Source: a virus
Taxonomy: Duplodnaviria; Caudoviricetes
Reading direction: 5' to 3' (one strand)
IMG/VR virus record: IMGVR_UViG_3300049828_000141
Coordinates: 1 to 47,304 of that record
Length of the DNA stretch: 47,304 bases
Part shown: positions 43,607 to 47,304 of the stretch, piece by piece
Layout: each line of letters starts with the position of its first letter
How positions within the stretch are numbered: the stretch's first letter is position 1
The notes under the pieces: model-generated
What the model was told of the DNA's origin: nothing
Databases searched by the model: none
What the model saw: only the letters and a program-made list of their open reading frames with translations
Program-made: the position numbers and the translations under genes

Positions 43607-44726
43607 TGGCTTGCTGCTCCTCGTCGTTGTCTTCGTTTTCTTCTTCCACCAAGTCTATCGGATCGGGCGGATCTTCGTTGCGGATATTCACCATGTCTGG
43701 CGCCCGCAGCATGTCGGCTGGATCGAACATTCGCGCTCCGCCGTCCACATGGTACTTGGCCCAATCAGCCTCGCTCCACACGACCGCGGCCTTGATCCCG
43801 TAAATAGGGAAATAGGCATCGTTGATTTGCAGGTAGTGCGAGCCGTTGCGAGCGCTTGCGACGACAGGAAGCCCGCGCAACGATCCCTCTACTCCGTGCC
43901 AGTCGTGGGCGCTCAGAGCGCCTGAGAAACGCTGCCAGTCGATGGTGTTGTAGATCTCGACTAGAGCGTTCTTGTACTTCTCGAAGCGAGCGAACAACAA
44001 GCCAATCTCGCCCATTCGAGTGAGGATGGTAGGGGTGCCGGTGCGCAGCTCCGCCATCCACTGGTTGCACGGCGTCCGATATTCCACGCCGTAGGCCGTT
44101 TCCCGATAAAGGCCTGCCGTGCCGTAGAACTCTGTACGACGCGTAGGCCTTGGGGAGATGTTGCGCTTGTAGCTGAACCCGAGCAGCAGGTCGATGAACC
44201 GCACTGCGATGAACTTGGGCAGGTCTTCGGGCCAGTCGCTCACGCCTAGGTGAACGTGCCCGCCGTAGAAGCGCACGCCCGGGCCGTGCCGCTCCATAGC
44301 CCGCTCCATGATGCCTTGGCGCGGAACATCGGGGCGGTATGCGTCGAAGTCGACCGCACACCCGAACACCTTGGAGTTGGGGTGTGTGAGCTTGTCCTCC
44401 GAGAAGATGGCGTCGTGGATCGGGAAGTGAAGCTCAGCTTTCTGCCTCCTGAGTTCCTTTCGGACTGCATCAAGACACAGCGTTACGCGCTCTGCGTGCA
44501 TTGTGGCCAGCACTAAGGCACTGTCGATGCCTCGCGCTTGGCCGGGTGCCGGGTTCAACTCGATGGCCACGCCGTCTTCGAGGTATCCCCCGAAGGCTCC
44601 AGCCACAATGGGCTTGCCCTTTTCCCCGCCCAACAGACCGCAGACTGGGGCTACGTCGCCCGTACGCCCGTCTACGTAGGCAATCTCGGGATCGGACCCG
44701 ATTGAAACTTCTCGCTTTTTGCTCAT
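43596..44726 (-). CDS. phiEco32-like COOH-NH2 ligase type 2
   Basis: IGSDPE, GGEKGKP, EDGVAIELN, FGC, GGHVHLG, RRxxFYG.AG and YGVEYRT motifs. Confidence 0.9.
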   Translation of the reverse strand: MSKKREVSIGSDPEIAYVDGRTGDVAPVCGLLGGEKGKPIVAGAFGGYLEDGVAIELNPAPGQARGIDSALVLATMHAERVTLCLDAVRKELRRQKAELHFPIHDAIFSEDKLTHPNSKVFGCAVDFDAYRPDVPRQGIMERAMERHGPGVRFYGGHVHLGVSDWPEDLPKFIAVRFIDLLLGFSYKRNISPRPTRRTEFYGTAGLYRETAYGVEYRTPCNQWMAELRTGTPTILTRMGEIGLLFARFEKYKNALVEIYNTIDWQRFSGALSAHDWHGVEGSLRGLPVVASARNGSHYLQINDAYFPIYGIKAAVVWSEADWAKYHVDGGARMFDPADMLRAPDMVNIRNEDPPDPIDLVEEENEDNDEEQQANGR

Positions 44727-44983
44727 GTGGTCAGCTCCGGGTGCTGCTGTTCAAGGGTGTCCCGAGTCTCGCGGACAAAGCGAAGGAAATCACGGACTTC
44801 CTGCGGCCACGCCTGCAATTCGGGGTTGATGATGAGAAGCCTCTTGGCAAGGCTCTTGCTGTCGCCTTCCAAGCGACCCAACAACTGGATCGACTTGTGG
44901 GCCTCTGTTGTGCGCTTCGCCTTGACGTTCTCCTCGAAAACGTCCCGGCTTGTGAGCACTTCGTTAGTAGTAAATTCCGTCAT
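44723..44983 (-). CDS. Hypothetical helical protein
   Basis: Start at 44983 (AAGGAG RBS; MTEFTTNEV...). Confidence 0.6.
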   Translation of the reverse strand: MTEFTTNEVLTSRDVFEENVKAKRTTEAHKSIQLLGRLEGDSKSLAKRLLIINPELQAWPQEVRDFLRFVRETRDTLEQQHPELTT

Positions 44984-45338
44984 GGTCGTGCTCCTTGCCG
45001 CGGGCGGCCTTGTATTCCGTGGTTGCCTTGAACTGGGTGTGTGGAATGGTCCAGATCCAAGTCGTGATGTTGTTCTGGGTCGACGGCGAGCGGGTGGCTG
45101 ATGCACTCACAACCGTTCCCCGGAACCTGCGCTCCAGATACCGGGCGAAGCGTAGTCCATTGCCGTAGTTCTCGGCGTCCGAAAAAATGACTTGGGCGAA
45201 CCCTTCCCGACGACCGTTGCTTGTGGCCTGCCGCTTGTACCCCGCAGCTATGCGTTTGAGCAGCGTGGGACTCTGTCCTTGAAGCCCCCATAACTGATAA
45301 ACGCCACAGGAGATCTTCGATTTGGCGAGAGAGCTCAT
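44964..45338 (-). CDS. Uncharacterised protein, CG...WIW family (paralogue of 38984-39700)
   Basis: Start at 45338 (GGGAG RBS, ATGA overlap); SCGVYQL...TWIWTIP. Confidence 0.7.
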   Translation of the reverse strand: MSSLAKSKISCGVYQLWGLQGQSPTLLKRIAAGYKRQATSNGRREGFAQVIFSDAENYGNGLRFARYLERRFRGTVVSASATRSPSTQNNITTWIWTIPHTQFKATTEYKAARGKEHDHDGIYY

Positions 45339-45604
45339 ACTCTGGTCACTCCCTTGCCGAACACGCGCTCCACCCACTGGAATGCCATGATGGTTGAGTC
45401 GTGGATCTCGTCGCTCCGATCCCCCTTGCGGAATCGGTCGTACTGGTCCTTCCAGAACCCCTTCGGAAAGCTGTCCTTCAGCCCCGGTTCGGAACTGTAG
45501 ACAGCAGAAAGTCCCCTACAGAATCTTCCGTAGGAGACGCGTTCTCGAATCGCGCGGTTCTCAGCTACGCGCTGAGTCACCTTGGCGACGTGCAATGTAC
45601 CCAT
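45335..45604 (-). CDS. Hypothetical protein
   Basis: AAGGAG RBS; 89 aa. Confidence 0.65.
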   Translation of the reverse strand: MGTLHVAKVTQRVAENRAIRERVSYGRFCRGLSAVYSSEPGLKDSFPKGFWKDQYDRFRKGDRSDEIHDSTIMAFQWVERVFGKGVTRV

Positions 45605-45968
45605 AGCTAGTTCTCCTTATTTCGACTAGCCACAATTTAGCTTGATTGGTCACAAGGATGGTCTGCCCTATTCGGAGTGACCGGCCTCCTTTCTTCTTTG
45701 GGTTAATGGTAAAGGACAGAGGATTGCGGCAAGAGGTATCCATCAAGAATACTTCCTTGCCGGAATTCACTGCCGAACAAAGATCAGCAACCCCCGGAAA
45801 ATGGGATACAGGGACGCAAACAAAGTACGCGCTCGCCCGAGGCACTGCAACCTTAGCCTCTTTTACACCGCAGGGGGATACGGGTGGACGAGCGCGCACC
45901 TTGATCTTACTCCGCCTCTCTTGGGGTGGAGGGATATACGCCGTAGGTCTTGCGAACCAATTCGGCAT
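45561..45968 (-). CDS. Hypothetical protein (start uncertain)
   Basis: Only sizeable ORF filling 45600-45900 on the coding strand. Confidence 0.4.
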   Translation of the reverse strand: MPNWFARPTAYIPPPQERRSKIKVRARPPVSPCGVKEAKVAVPRASAYFVCVPVSHFPGVADLCSAVNSGKEVFLMDTSCRNPLSFTINPKKKGGRSLRIGQTILVTNQAKLWLVEIRRTSYGYIARRQGDSARS

Positions 45969-46223
45969 ACTCGTTATGGGTAATGCGCTGTTCCGTGACC
46001 ATCATGCCTTCGCACTCGATGATCGGAACCTCGATGACGGGACGCGCCGACGCGCGGCGCTCGTTGTGTTCGTAGTAGGAGAGGATCATTAGCGCCACCA
46101 TGCACGCCAGTTGATGCGGCGTGTCCAACGCGCCCAGAAAGGCGCGCCTACAAGTAATGAGGGAAGCCCGCTACCGAATAAGCGGCGGACTGAGTGCGGA
46201 ACGGCTCGCGGACGCTGCCTCAT
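45907..46223 (-). CDS. Hypothetical membrane protein, possibly split by a frameshift near 46140
   Basis: ATG at 46223 overlaps the upstream TGA; the hydrophobic segment continues in the adjacent frame (ORF 45907-46128). Confidence 0.35.
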
Positions 46224-46396
46224 GCCAGCACCATGATGAGCCAAAGTCGGAAAATGGGGGGGATGGCGAACGCACCGCTGATGGCGAACAGCACTAGCCG
46301 TGCGCGCGGTGTGTGTACCATATCGGAAGTGTAGGCAAACAACACTGTGCCTATCATCAAGCACAAGAAGTTTGCAAAAACCTCGTGACCGCTCAT
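46220..46396 (-). CDS. Small two-helix membrane protein
   Basis: MSGHEVFANFLCLMIG...; ATGA overlap at 46393-46396. Confidence 0.55.
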   Translation of the reverse strand: MSGHEVFANFLCLMIGTVLFAYTSDMVHTPRARLVLFAISGAFAIPPIFRLWLIMVLA

Positions 46397-46608
46397 GCTG
46401 ATCCCCCCGGAATGTAGACCGTGTTCTCGGTCTCGATGATGAGGCCAAGCAACGAGAACTCGAAGCCGACCACTGGACTGGTCTTGGCCCACGTCTTGCC
46501 ATCACCAGTAACTAGGTCGGAAGGATGGGCCAGTGGCAGTACCAACAAGGGTTTACCGACAATCGGCAATCCTTGTGTAGCCACATACAGAACTTCAGGC
46601 TTGGGCAT
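46393..46608 (-). CDS. Small early protein (TSxV...ETxNTxY motif)
   Basis: AAGGAG RBS; motif common in small phage proteins. Confidence 0.7.
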   Translation of the reverse strand: MPKPEVLYVATQGLPIVGKPLLVLPLAHPSDLVTGDGKTWAKTSPVVGFEFSLLGLIIETENTVYIPGGSA

Positions 46609-46753
46609 TTCGGAATCTCCTTTATCGGTAAATCGGAACCGGAAACAAATCGGAATCGGAACACATACAGCACGAAAACAGTTTCCCTTATAAGATTAGA
46701 CACAATTTATACACAATGGTTCCCAAGCCATTGATTTTTAACAAATTTTAGGC

Positions 46754-46790
46754 AAAAAAAGACCCCTACAGGCTTGCGCCCATAGGGGTC
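46754..46790 (-). terminator. Rho-independent terminator after the first early genes
   Basis: gacccctatgggc-GCAA-gcctgtaggggtc followed by T7. Confidence 0.9.
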
Positions 46791-46806
46791 CAAAGTGTCG
46801 TCGGTG

Positions 46807-47304
46807 TCAGTCCTGCGGCTTGTCGTCCGCGCGCAGCAGCGCGGGGATTTCCACACTGATTTCGTTCTCGCAGGTGGTCAAGGCACCCAGTACCAGTTCC
46901 CGGTATTCCTTGTCGTTCTCCAGCCGATCCAGATTGCCGTGAAGCGCGCGGATCAGTGCGTTCAGAGCGTTCTGCAGAATGCCGTCCGCGATCTTCGCCA
47001 GATCGCCGCTCTGGCGCGTGCTGCCATTCATGGCCGCCGCCGGATTGCCGGTGGCTGCCGTTTCCTTGGCCGCCAGCTTTTCCTTCGCGTCACGCATTGC
47101 CTTGGCACGCTTGCCGATCTTGCCCACGAGTTCGTTGTCCCGCCAGAAGTCGGCGGCCCGCTTGTAGGTCGCGGTCCTCGGGTCAAGGAAGTCAGTCCCT
47201 TCTGCCCGGAGCGCCACACCTGCGAATTCGTCGGTGGCCTTGGCGTCACCCAGCGACTTGATCGTGGCGAATGCATCCCGCACCTGTTCTGCCCGGTTCA
47301 TCCG
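46807..47304 (-). CDS. Early hypothetical protein, C-terminal part (open at the window end)
   Basis: Frame is open to 47304; Ala/Lys-rich helical protein with codon style similar to the ORF at 1-241. Confidence 0.65.
   Translation of the reverse strand, partial: RMNRAEQVRDAFATIKSLGDAKATDEFAGVALRAEGTDFLDPRTATYKRAADFWRDNELVGKIGKRAKAMRDAKEKLAAKETAATGNPAAAMNGSTRQSGDLAKIADGILQNALNALIRALHGNLDRLENDKEYRELVLGALTTCENEISVEIPALLRADDKPQD

Noticed and set aside
41953-45101. Long + strand ORFs opposite the ligase module
   Set aside because: They are antisense shadows expected from GC-rich codon usage; no motifs or RBS.
1-47304. Phage RNA polymerase, integrase, tRNAs, stop-codon recoding
   Set aside because: No matching motifs or cloverleafs were seen by eye, and genes are full length under the standard code with TAA, TAG and TGA all used as stops.

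Overview
The window looks like a nearly complete genome of a lytic podovirus-type dsDNA phage. No RNA polymerase, integrase, tRNA or CRISPR array is recognisable. It has two arms. The + strand arm (1686-29929) carries about 9 kb of unusually large Ig-like and carbohydrate-active virion proteins, then terminase, portal, scaffold, capsid, tail, ejection proteins, lysozyme and holin. The - strand arm (47304 down to 30018, continuing at 563 down to 1) carries early genes, a phiEco32/PA11-type amide-ligase module (COOH-NH2 ligase, amidoligase, class II glutamine amidotransferase, ATP-grasp), and the replication and nucleotide genes: primase, helicase, family A DNA polymerase, SSB, exonuclease, T7-endonuclease-I-like nuclease, metallophosphoesterase and deaminase. 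The arms converge at a terminator near 29950 and diverge across a structured non-coding region (564-1685). This layout resembles Zobellviridae-like phages (inference). Most notable observations: two unannotated paralogous 'CG...WIW' proteins bracket the ligase module; a bipartite 11+11 nt motif sits behind both main promoters; the control region holds paired 24-bp palindromes plus IHF-like and boxA-like sites; the collagen-like gene after the capsid is frameshifted; and a very acidic peptide is a possible DNA mimic. All protein calls come from motifs read by eye, with no database searches.
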